Origin: Eubacteriales bacterium
Lineage (GTDB): Bacteria; Bacillota; Clostridia; Tissierellales; GPF-1
Length of the DNA stretch: 24,000 nt
Direction of reading: 5' to 3'
Assembly: GCA_030625815.1 (NCBI GenBank)
Contig: DAOUQF010000007.1
Location: 59,166 to 83,165, forward strand
Shown in pieces: positions 17,313 to 24,000 of this stretch; the stretch's first letter is position 1; every line of letters starts with the position of its first letter. Both the position numbers and the translations under genes were made by a program. A model generated the notes under the pieces. The model searched no databases. It was not told the DNA's origin and saw nothing but the letters and a program-made list of their open reading frames with translations.

Positions 17313-18656
17313 CTATAACTCATTCACCAAGTTCCTTGCCCATTGATTGGTCAGGACTCTCGGCAAACCCACAGCAGTCTTAGACACCTCCATCAAAGTC
17401 ACCAAGGCAAAGACCCATACCATCGGCCAATGCAGGATATAGGCACCCAAGAAAGCCAAAGCTGTTCCCACAAACCAAACCGAACCCACATCGACAACCA
17501 AGGCAAATCGCGTATCGCCTCCGCTTCTCAATACGCCGACAAACGTGGTCGCATTCATCATTCGAAGCGGCATGGAAATTGCCATTACGGTCAACAACCC
17601 GCTGGCGATTTGCAAGGTCGCATCTTGCACCGTGTAAAATTGCAGCGCAAAGGGCTTGCTGAAGAACAAAACCGCACCCAGAACGATGCCAACGCTGCCA
17701 GCGATCATCAAAAACCATCGGCCCTCCTGCTTCGCCTCTTCGATCTTGCCTTCCCCCAGGGTATTGCCAAGAATCACCGCGCAGGCATTGGCGACACCAA
17801 ATCCAAAGACGATAAAGAGTCCGTTGATGGTATTGGCAATCTGAATGCTTGCCACCGCTTGTGTTCCAATATGAGCGTAGGCAACCATATGCAAGGTCAT
17901 GCCCAACGCCCATAAAAATTCATTGAAAATCACAGGACTCGATGTCTTTAAGACCGCTAAAACGAATTCCTTCGAATAAGAAAAGTACGCCGAAAGCTTC
18001 GTCAGCAACGGACTTCCATGTCGCTTCATCAAAATGATAATCAAGAAAAATTCCATCCAACGAGAGATTGAAGTGGCGATTGCCGCCCCCTGCACCCCCA
18101 ATTGCGGAAATCCAAAGTTTCCATAGATCAGGCAATAATTCAAGATCGTGTTGCTTCCAAGGGCAATCACGCTCACCACCATCGGCAATTTTGCATTCCC
18201 AATAGAGCGGGACGAAAACCCAAAAGCAAAGGAAAGGGCCGTCGGCAAATAGCACAAAACCACAATTCGCAGATACTGGCTGCCAAGACGGATCACCACC
18301 GGGTCATCGGAATAAAAGCCCAAGACCCAATGAGGCGCCAGCCAGCCCAAGCTGGAAAACACCGCAGTTCCCATCAACCCAATGGTCAACCCCAAGCCAA
18401 GGGCGCTATGAATATTGGGCAAATCCTTTTTACCCCAAAACTGCGCAATAAACACCGTCATACCGCTCAGGGTGCCAAATAACAACAAATGAAACAGAAA
18501 GAAAAATTGATTGGCCAACCCAACGGCGGCAATGGAAACCTCGCCCAGGGAGCCAATCATTATGGTATCCACCAGATTCAATGAAGATGCAATCAGGTTT
18601 TGCAGGGTAACGGGTACCGCAATTACCAGCAATTTTTTGATGAAATCCTTATGCAT
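17313..18656 (-). CDS. MATE-family efflux transporter
   Basis: This is a 447-aa ORF with 12 predicted TM segments. The N-terminus (LLVIAVPVTLQNLIASSLNLVDTIMIGSLGEVSIAAVGLANQ) is typical of MatE/NorM-type proteins. Confidence 0.92.
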   Translation of the reverse strand: MHKDFIKKLLVIAVPVTLQNLIASSLNLVDTIMIGSLGEVSIAAVGLANQFFFLFHLLLFGTLSGMTVFIAQFWGKKDLPNIHSALGLGLTIGLMGTAVFSSLGWLAPHWVLGFYSDDPVVIRLGSQYLRIVVLCYLPTALSFAFGFSSRSIGNAKLPMVVSVIALGSNTILNYCLIYGNFGFPQLGVQGAAIATSISRWMEFFLIIILMKRHGSPLLTKLSAYFSYSKEFVLAVLKTSSPVIFNEFLWALGMTLHMVAYAHIGTQAVASIQIANTINGLFIVFGFGVANACAVILGNTLGEGKIEEAKQEGRWFLMIAGSVGIVLGAVLFFSKPFALQFYTVQDATLQIASGLLTVMAISMPLRMMNATTFVGVLRSGGDTRFALVVDVGSVWFVGTALAFLGAYILHWPMVWVFALVTLMEVSKTAVGLPRVLTNQWARNLVNEL

Positions 18657-18668
18657 CTCCGCGTCCTC

Positions 18669-18914
18669 CTACTTTTTCAGCTCTTCTTTCCAATCGTGAA
18701 TCACGATCTCCACAGCTGCAATCTCCGCGTTATTCGCCGCGTCCATGATCTCACCGCGTCCGCCGATATCATCTCCCATGCGCCGAAACAAACTTTCCAA
18801 CAAGCGTTCCAAATCTTCTATGGTGAGGCTGGAATTCTTCTCCCGATCAACCATCAAACTCTCATAGGTCTTCTCAAATACACGGTCATAATGTTCCTCT
18901 AAATAATTCTTCAT
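18669..18914 (-). CDS. small acidic helical protein of unknown function (81 aa)
   Basis: AAGGAG lies 8 nt upstream of the ATG. Its stop TAG is embedded in the AGGAGGA RBS of the MATE gene 12 nt downstream. I recognise no family. Confidence 0.65.
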   Translation of the reverse strand: MKNYLEEHYDRVFEKTYESLMVDREKNSSLTIEDLERLLESLFRRMGDDIGGRGEIMDAANNAEIAAVEIVIHDWKEELKK

Positions 18915-19026
18915 AAAAACACTCCTTTTTCCTCAATCGAATCAATGATAAAATAGGGTTGGTTCCTTTTGATTCAACCTTTATCTTAACGGAAAGATCC
19001 GTGAATTTCAATGACTGGAGAAAAAA

Positions 19027-19662
19027 ATGACGAAAAGAGACGAGCGACTCAAAACCTTATATGCCTATGATGACGCCTATCAAGAAACGAGCCTGTGTGG
19101 AATTGATGAGGCTGGCCGCGGATGCCTGGCAGGACCTGTGTTTGCCGCAGCTGTCATCTTGCCTGTACAACCATGGCCGGAGGATCTCAACGACAGCAAA
19201 AAAATCGCCGAAACCAAACGCTACCGATTAGCCGATGAAATCAAAAAACTCGCTCAATGGGGAATTGGCATGGCGACCGCTCAAGAAGTAGACACCGTCG
19301 GAATTCAGCAGGCGAACTTTCTCGCCTTTAAACGGGCGCTTCAGCAATTGCAAGCAAACTTTCCCGTTGCACCCGCCATCATCCTAATCGACGGGAACTA
19401 TAAAAATACAGGCATCGATTCCGCCATAAGCGTTGTCAAAGGCGATACCAAAAGCGCCTGCATTGCCGCCGCCAGCATCTTGGCAAAGGCTGGCAGGGAT
19501 CAATATGTGATTGATCACTTGGAGACCATCGCACCGGAATACGGATTTGCCAAGCACAAAGGCTATGGAACCAAGCAGCATCGTGACGCCATCCTTGAAT
19601 ACGGACTGACTCCTTGGCATCGCAAAACCTTTTGTAGAAACCTCACAGGGGAGCAATCATGA
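19027..19662 (+). CDS. rnhB: ribonuclease HII
   Basis: It has the GIDEAGRGCLAGPVFAAAV catalytic block, DSKK, and the C-terminal GYGT..H motif of RNase HII. Confidence 0.93.
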   Translation: MTKRDERLKTLYAYDDAYQETSLCGIDEAGRGCLAGPVFAAAVILPVQPWPEDLNDSKKIAETKRYRLADEIKKLAQWGIGMATAQEVDTVGIQQANFLAFKRALQQLQANFPVAPAIILIDGNYKNTGIDSAISVVKGDTKSACIAAASILAKAGRDQYVIDHLETIAPEYGFAKHKGYGTKQHRDAILEYGLTPWHRKTFCRNLTGEQS

Positions 19663-20177
19663 CCCGTTGGAAAAGCTTCAACCATCGAGGCGACTATACC
19701 GAAACCCTCATCGATGAAGTCAATCAACTTTATGAACGTCAAGAAATGGCCATGGTAACCAAGGTTCCGGTTCCCATCAAGGTCATCGAAATAGGCGACG
19801 GAATCATCAACAAGGCGTTCTTTGAAAAAAAATCAACCGTGGATTATATCGGCATGTGCCAGGGATTCGCTCTTTGCTTCGACGTCAAGGAAACCAATCA
19901 AAAATACCTGCCTTTGAAAAATATCCACGAGCATCAAATCGTGTACATGAACACCTTTCAAAAACAAGGCGGGTGGGCCTTTATCATTTGTCACTTCAAG
20001 GTCACGGGAGACTTTTACCTGATTCCCCTGGCGCTTTTGAATTACTATTGGTACGAATCCCCCCGGCGATCCATTCCCTTGGATGCCATGGAAGAAAAGG
20101 GGTACCCAATCCCCATGGAACAGGGTTTGCCCAATTACCTGTCTGCCTTCAACACCTATATCAGCGCAAAAAAATAG
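19659..20177 (+). CDS. recU: Holliday junction resolvase RecU
   Basis: STVDYIGMCQGFALCFDVKETNQKYLPLKNIHEHQIVYMNTFQKQGGWAFIICHF aligns by eye with the RecU catalytic core (D..E.K...H.HQ). The start forms an ATGA overlap with the rnhB stop. Confidence 0.88.
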   Translation: MTRWKSFNHRGDYTETLIDEVNQLYERQEMAMVTKVPVPIKVIEIGDGIINKAFFEKKSTVDYIGMCQGFALCFDVKETNQKYLPLKNIHEHQIVYMNTFQKQGGWAFIICHFKVTGDFYLIPLALLNYYWYESPRRSIPLDAMEEKGYPIPMEQGLPNYLSAFNTYISAKK

Positions 20178-20201
20178 GAAGCTTTCCAGCTTCCTGTTTT
20201 T
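20168..20201. terminator. bidirectional terminator between the convergent recU and radical SAM genes
   Basis: AGGAAGCT-ttcc-AGCTTCCT is preceded by an A-run and followed by GTTTTT. Confidence 0.75.
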
Positions 20202-20243
20202 ACGCACATTTTTCTCTTTTTTTTCACCCGCAGCAGCTTCCGT

Positions 20244-21608
20244 TTATTTTTCAGCCTGCTTGATTCCAGCCGGTGATTCTTTCCAGACTTTATCGGCTAC
20301 CGGTGCCCAACCGCTTGCAATCGGATTGCACTTGTTCATCAAAAACTCTGAGGATTCATGGTCGCCAAGTTGTGTGGAATGAGCGCCTGACTCCATCACC
20401 ATCTCATGGATCATCGTCGGATTGTCAAGAATTGGACAAGGACGAAGATGGTTGCAGTTAAATGGCTGTCGCGCCGCATAGGCTTTAAAAATTGGCGATG
20501 CCAAGGCTTCTTTTAGACTGACATCTTTAATATTCGTGTCCGAGTAGTGAACAAAAGCACAAGGTTCCACATCCCCTGCCGCATTGATATGGAAGTAATT
20601 TCTTCCGCCGGCAATACAGCCGTCGACATATTCTCCATCGTTCCAGAAATCCATAAAGAACATCGGCTTATTCTTTCTCATCTCCCGAACGCGGTCATAC
20701 ATAAACGATCGTTCGTCCGGTCGCGTGACGAGATCCAAATTCGCGTCTTTTCCAATCGGCATATAGGTGAACAACCACATAAAGAATGCACCCAACTCCA
20801 ACATGTCGTCTGTGAATTTCTCCGCGCCGATCTCTCGGTAATTGAAGTGATGATAGCATGTCGATACCCCGAAGAATACCCCTCGCTTCTGCAAGAGTCG
20901 CATGCCGCGGGTTACGCCTTTGTATGTGCCTTCTCCCCGTCGGAAATCTGTGGCTGCTTCATCGCCTTCCACACTGAAAGCAAAGGTCAAGTTGCCCACT
21001 TCGGCGATCTGATCGGCAAATTTCTCATCGATCAAAGTGCCATTGGTAAAGGCTAGGAAGAAACAATCGTCATGCCGTCTTGCCAATTCGATCAAGTCGT
21101 CTTTTCTGACCGTTGGCTCGCCGCCTGAATATAAGTAAACGTAAATTCCAAGTTCTTTTCCTTCTTGAATAATTCGATCCAATGTCTCCAGCGGCAAATC
21201 GTTATGTTGATCGTATTCCGCCGCCCAGCATCCCGTACACTTCAGATTGCATTTCGCCGTTGGATCCATCAAAATTGTCCATGGAATTCGAACACCTAAT
21301 TCTTTTTGCAATTCATTTTTCTTCGGAATGCCAAAAACAACCGAATTCAAAAAGAAATTCACCGCAAACTTTCTCTGCATCTTGGGATTGACAGTCTTAA
21401 AAAATTGATGAATGGTCTTTGACCATGGATTTTCTGGATCCTTTAAGCCTTCCTGAGCGGTCTTGATTACGTTAATGTCCCTCGGGTTGGTTGCAAATTT
21501 TTCAGCCAATTTCAAGATCTTCGGAAGATTTTTCTCCGGATCTGCATTCAAATACTTTACTGCCTGCTGTACCGCGATCTGACTGCCAAACTCTTTAATC
21601 GACTTCAT
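20244..21608 (-). CDS. radical SAM enzyme with a ~110-aa N-terminal extension and a twitch/SPASM-like C-terminal Cys domain
   Basis: It has the CX3CX2C motif CNLKCTGCW and a GGEP-like block (YSGGEPTV). The C-terminus has C-X18-C with GDVEPC (GX4C), then CNHLRPC. The subfamily was not recognised. Confidence 0.9.
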   Translation of the reverse strand: MKSIKEFGSQIAVQQAVKYLNADPEKNLPKILKLAEKFATNPRDINVIKTAQEGLKDPENPWSKTIHQFFKTVNPKMQRKFAVNFFLNSVVFGIPKKNELQKELGVRIPWTILMDPTAKCNLKCTGCWAAEYDQHNDLPLETLDRIIQEGKELGIYVYLYSGGEPTVRKDDLIELARRHDDCFFLAFTNGTLIDEKFADQIAEVGNLTFAFSVEGDEAATDFRRGEGTYKGVTRGMRLLQKRGVFFGVSTCYHHFNYREIGAEKFTDDMLELGAFFMWLFTYMPIGKDANLDLVTRPDERSFMYDRVREMRKNKPMFFMDFWNDGEYVDGCIAGGRNYFHINAAGDVEPCAFVHYSDTNIKDVSLKEALASPIFKAYAARQPFNCNHLRPCPILDNPTMIHEMVMESGAHSTQLGDHESSEFLMNKCNPIASGWAPVADKVWKESPAGIKQAEK

Positions 21609-22207
21609 TTCACTATCCCCTTTCGTTTTATGCCGTTCAATAAAATATGCATGGTTTCCAAATACTCATCAATTGTCGGCGTCTCATCGCCCATAAGAAT
21701 CGCCAACGATTCCACAACCGCCAGTAACATGGAAGCCAATGCTTTTCCGTTGATGCTCGGCAGAATTTCGCCTGCATCCTTTGCCCTTTTCAATAACATT
21801 TCAACTCTGTTGAGAATCTGATCCGAAAGCCTAAAAATCTCATCCTCCAATTCTTGATCGGTTCGATGGATCACCATCCAAAAATCAAGGAAGCGATTGC
21901 TGACGATGCTCTCATCCAGATTCTTAACCAAATACTCCAACAACCGTTCCAATCGATCAAGATTCGGCAGGTCCAAAGCCAAAACCCGGTCGACCTGTTC
22001 TTCAAAAAAAACATAGGCTCGCTTCACGATATAATAATAGATCTCATCCTTGTTGCGAAAATATTTATATAGGGAAGTTCTGCCCATTCCCGTCGCCTTC
22101 GCGATATCCTTCAAATTGGTTTGATAATAGCCTTTCTTAGCGAATATCTCAATGGCATCGCTGGCAATTTCCAATCGCTTTTCTTCATAATCAATAATCT
22201 TTGGCAT
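21605..22207 (-). CDS. TetR/AcrR-family transcriptional regulator
   Basis: It has the HTH block FAKKGYYQTNLKDIAKATGMGRTSLYKYFRNKDEIY. I favour the ATG at 22207 (MPKIIDYEEKR, RBS GAGGGGATGAGG) over the ORF-track start at 22240. The stop forms an ATGA overlap with the radical SAM start. Confidence 0.88.
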   Translation of the reverse strand: MPKIIDYEEKRLEIASDAIEIFAKKGYYQTNLKDIAKATGMGRTSLYKYFRNKDEIYYYIVKRAYVFFEEQVDRVLALDLPNLDRLERLLEYLVKNLDESIVSNRFLDFWMVIHRTDQELEDEIFRLSDQILNRVEMLLKRAKDAGEILPSINGKALASMLLAVVESLAILMGDETPTIDEYLETMHILLNGIKRKGIVK

Positions 22208-22246
22208 AAACTGCCTCATCCCCTCATTGCCAATTTCCATACATCT

Positions 22247-22279
22247 GTATTTTTATAGACGTTTGTGTTTTTATAGACG
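22247..22279. repeat. tandem direct repeat GTrTTTTTATAGACG x2 (18-bp period) in the tetR upstream region
   Basis: GTATTTTTATAGACG (22247-22261) and GTGTTTTTATAGACG (22265-22279) are identical at 14 of 15 positions. They lie 7-40 bp upstream of the longest tetR ORF start. Confidence 0.6.
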
Positions 22280-22483
22280 CGCGTGTCATTTACAATTTCA
22301 TTATATGCTCTTTTTTAAAAAAGTCAACGCCATTTCCGCAAACTTTTCGACAAGAGAACAAGGAAATTTTTTACTCTTTTCCTAAACTTGTTAGAACTTG
22401 TAATGTAATTTTTTTGGAATTTATTTTTATTTTCCCATTTTTTAGGTATCATATAGATAAGTGTGCTCTAAAGGGAGGGAAAT

Positions 22484-22921
22484 ATGAAGAAACAAGCTGG
22501 TTTTACCTTGCTTGAATTGATTGTTGTACTCGCCATACTCGGAATTATTTTATCGATTGCTGTACCCAATTATCTGGGAATCAATGAAAACGCGAACAAT
22601 AGCGCGCAAGGCGTGCAAGCGGCTTTGATCGCGAAAAGCCTGCAGCAGGAATTTGCCGATGATTTTGCATCCGTCAACGAATCCGAAACCAAGTTGTATG
22701 TAGAAATTGACGGATCTGATGAAGTTGTTGTTGGAGGAAAAATCGACGAAGACGCTCCAATCCGTAGTCATCTCTGCTTTACCTATATTCAAGAGGGTGA
22801 TGTGCTAACCTACCCCTATTTCCATTTTGATCTTGATACCGCGAGCGACACCCTGACGATTAAGTATATGAAATCCGCCAGTGACGAACTCCCAAATCTG
22901 GCAACCGTCAATTACTATTGA
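22484..22921 (+). CDS. type IV pilin-like / pseudopilin protein with a prepilin N-terminal cleavage-methylation motif
   Basis: MKKQAGFTLLELIVVLAILGIILSIAVPNY is a canonical class III signal (G/FTLLE) followed by a hydrophobic alpha1 helix. The RBS is AAGGGAGGG. Confidence 0.85.
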   Translation: MKKQAGFTLLELIVVLAILGIILSIAVPNYLGINENANNSAQGVQAALIAKSLQQEFADDFASVNESETKLYVEIDGSDEVVVGGKIDEDAPIRSHLCFTYIQEGDVLTYPYFHFDLDTASDTLTIKYMKSASDELPNLATVNYY

Positions 22922-22970
22922 TTCATATGAAAAAGGCCCGCTGCAAATTTGCAACGGGCTTTCATATGAA
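22922..22970. terminator. long palindrome and terminator after the pilin gene
   Basis: The outer arms of TTCATATGAAA-aag-GCCCGcTGCAAATTTGCAaCGGGC-TTTCATATGAA are exact reverse complements. The T-run is better on the minus strand (CTTTTTCAT) than on the plus strand. Confidence 0.65.
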
Positions 22971-22980
22971 CAAATCCTAT

Positions 22981-23673
22981 CGAATAAGATAAAACGCCTC
23001 AAACCTCTATTTTCTCCGCGCCGAAGATTCTAAGAAGCATACTATTTCATTATTTATAATCCCTTCTAATAATGTATAGTTCCCGAATACGGAACATGTC
23101 TAGGGGCAATGTTTTCGGACCTGAAAGCGATATTGCTTTGTTCCCCTTTCAAATTTAGTATGCTTCAATTGTCCGTTCAGCGTTTATTGATTTACCTGAT
23201 CGTGATCACAATCATTACAGTTATATTTTACCACAATATAAACATATATGATCGCTAAATGCATCTTTTCGATTTCAAGATTATTTTTCTTGTATTTACA
23301 TCATAAACATTTACGTCATTTGATTCATTGTTTATTATGCGATTAATTCAGTGTGTTGTGATTCATTTTACGAACCATGCATTTCTCCTTTTTTCCAACT
23401 CCACTACAGCAACTCGTTGTTTCTTAAGCACCTTGTATAATCAAACAATTGTATTGTTATCTTTGTTTACACTCTAATTATTTCGTTTATTTAATATTTC
23501 AGCAGTTTGTATTCGACCTCTCTCCATCCATTTTGCAAATTTGTATCCAGTCATAAACGACTTGATGCGTTACAGATAAATAGTCTGCAATTTGCATGCA
23601 ACTCTTCTAACCACGAAGATATGATTCAATTGCCTTTATCTTTTGTCAGTTGACATTTTGCTTTACTTCCCAT
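22981..23673 (-). pseudogene. decayed, 3'-truncated IS3-family transposase remnant (OrfA HTH plus the N-terminal part of OrfB, no DDE core)
   Basis: No ORF of 60 aa or more exists on either strand. My minus-strand translation, allowing frame changes, gives four recognisable pieces. (1) MGSKAKCQLTKDK / KIKAIESYLRG*KSCMQIADYLSVTHQVVYDWIQICKMDGE is an HTH like IS3/IS150 OrfA. (2) SRSGKSINAER compares with VSRSGYYxW. (3) LDMFRIRELYIIRRDYK compares with KRVxRLMRExGL..RRK.Y. (4) MLLRIFGAEKIEV*...FYLIR compares with NLLxRxFxAxxPNxxWxTDITYIR. Stops and frameshifts occur throughout. Confidence 0.5.
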
Positions 23674-23729
23674 AAGAAAACTCCCCTTGTAGACAGTTAT
23701 AATATTTCTACTGTCTCCTACAAGGGGAG
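23674..23729 (-). terminator. rho-independent terminator of the M42 peptidase gene
   Basis: On the minus strand, CTCCCCTTGTAGgagACAGT-loop-ACTGTCTACAAGGGGAG forms a 17-bp stem with a bulge, followed by TTTTCTT. Confidence 0.7.
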
Positions 23730-23756
23730 CTTATCAATCAGGAATACGAACTTCCT

Positions 23757-24000
23757 TTAAATTTCAAATGGTTTTTCCAAGGATTTCACCAGCAATTGAA
23801 TGGCTGCTTCCACATCCGCCTTCGACACCACTTCATGATCGGAATGACCGTATCGGGTTGGGATCGACAAGCAAGAAGCCGGAACCCCTTCCTTGGTCAA
23901 ACTCATGGCGCCGGCATCGGTTCCACCGAACTCCAGCACTTCCATCTGGTACTTGATCTCCCCCTCTTCGCATAAAGCAATCAGGCGGTCGTTCACCTTC
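23757..24000 (-). CDS. M42-family metallopeptidase (glutamyl aminopeptidase / YsdC-FrvX-like), C-terminal ~80 aa; the gene continues beyond the right edge
   Basis: FGGTDAGAMSLTKEGVPASCLSIPTRYGHSDHEVVSKADVEAAIQLLV matches the conserved M42 C-terminal block (GGTDAG...IP.RY.HS..E). The frame is open to position 24000. Confidence 0.85.
   Translation of the reverse strand, partial: KVNDRLIALCEEGEIKYQMEVLEFGGTDAGAMSLTKEGVPASCLSIPTRYGHSDHEVVSKADVEAAIQLLVKSLEKPFEI

Noticed and set aside
17343-18482. Several ORFs of 60-190 aa on both strands within the MATE gene
   Set aside because: They are alternative-frame or antisense products of a 447-aa polytopic transporter frame. They are Arg and Gly-rich with an atypical composition.
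22308-22323. CTTTTTTAAAAAAG palindrome in the tetR-pilin intergenic region
   Set aside because: An A/T-only palindrome is expected by chance in AT-rich DNA. It has no flanking GC stem or partner motif.
23060-23165. Apparent nested hairpins (GTTCC...GGAAC, AGGGG/GCAAT...ATTGC/CCCCT) suggesting a structured RNA, with a possible minus-strand TGgTAAAAT promoter near 23210
   Set aside because: The same bases translate, with frameshifts, into recognisable IS3 OrfB blocks (SRSG.., RIRELYIIRRDYK). Decayed coding sequence is the more economical explanation. I also compared them with SRP RNA, RNase P and group II intron domain V motifs and saw no convincing match.
1-24000. Search for CRISPR arrays, tRNA or rRNA genes, and intact mobile elements
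   Set aside because: I found no regularly spaced repeats, no cloverleaf-like or rRNA-like conserved blocks, and no intact transposase or integrase ORF anywhere in the window.

Overview
This looks like a chromosomal segment from a Firmicutes-like (monoderm) bacterium. The evidence is RecU, lipobox lipoproteins, AGGAGG-type ribosome binding sites (RBSs), and GC content that appears mid-40s percent by eye. It is gene dense and mostly on the minus strand. From left to right:

- A 5' fragment of fhs that is missing from the ORF track.
- fba and ybaK, followed by a five-gene Opp/Dpp-type peptide ABC transporter.
- A tightly packed operon: membrane-fusion adaptor, RND pump, NUDIX hydrolase, PlsC-like acyltransferase.
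- A HAD phosphatase fused to a DUF1893-like domain.
- A self-contained plus-strand pair encoding a MotA/ExbB-like channel with a helical tail and a MotB/OmpA-like protein with a long coiled coil.
- A MATE pump preceded by a small acidic ORF.
- rnhB-recU, and a translationally coupled TetR-radical SAM pair.
- An orphan type IV pilin-like gene beside an ORF-free AT-rich stretch that I read as a decayed IS3-family transposase.
- The 3' end of an M42 peptidase gene.

I saw no rRNA, tRNA or CRISPR. The best candidate for an undescribed system is the orphan MotAB-like stator pair at 15.3-17.3 kb. Secondary leads are a promoter-to-terminator small RNA candidate with a C-rich loop upstream of the opp operon, PurBox-like sites upstream of fhs, the TetR-radical SAM cassette with tandem 15-bp repeats, and the HAD-DUF1893 fusion.

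All family assignments come from motif recognition by eye. No database search, folding or statistics were run.
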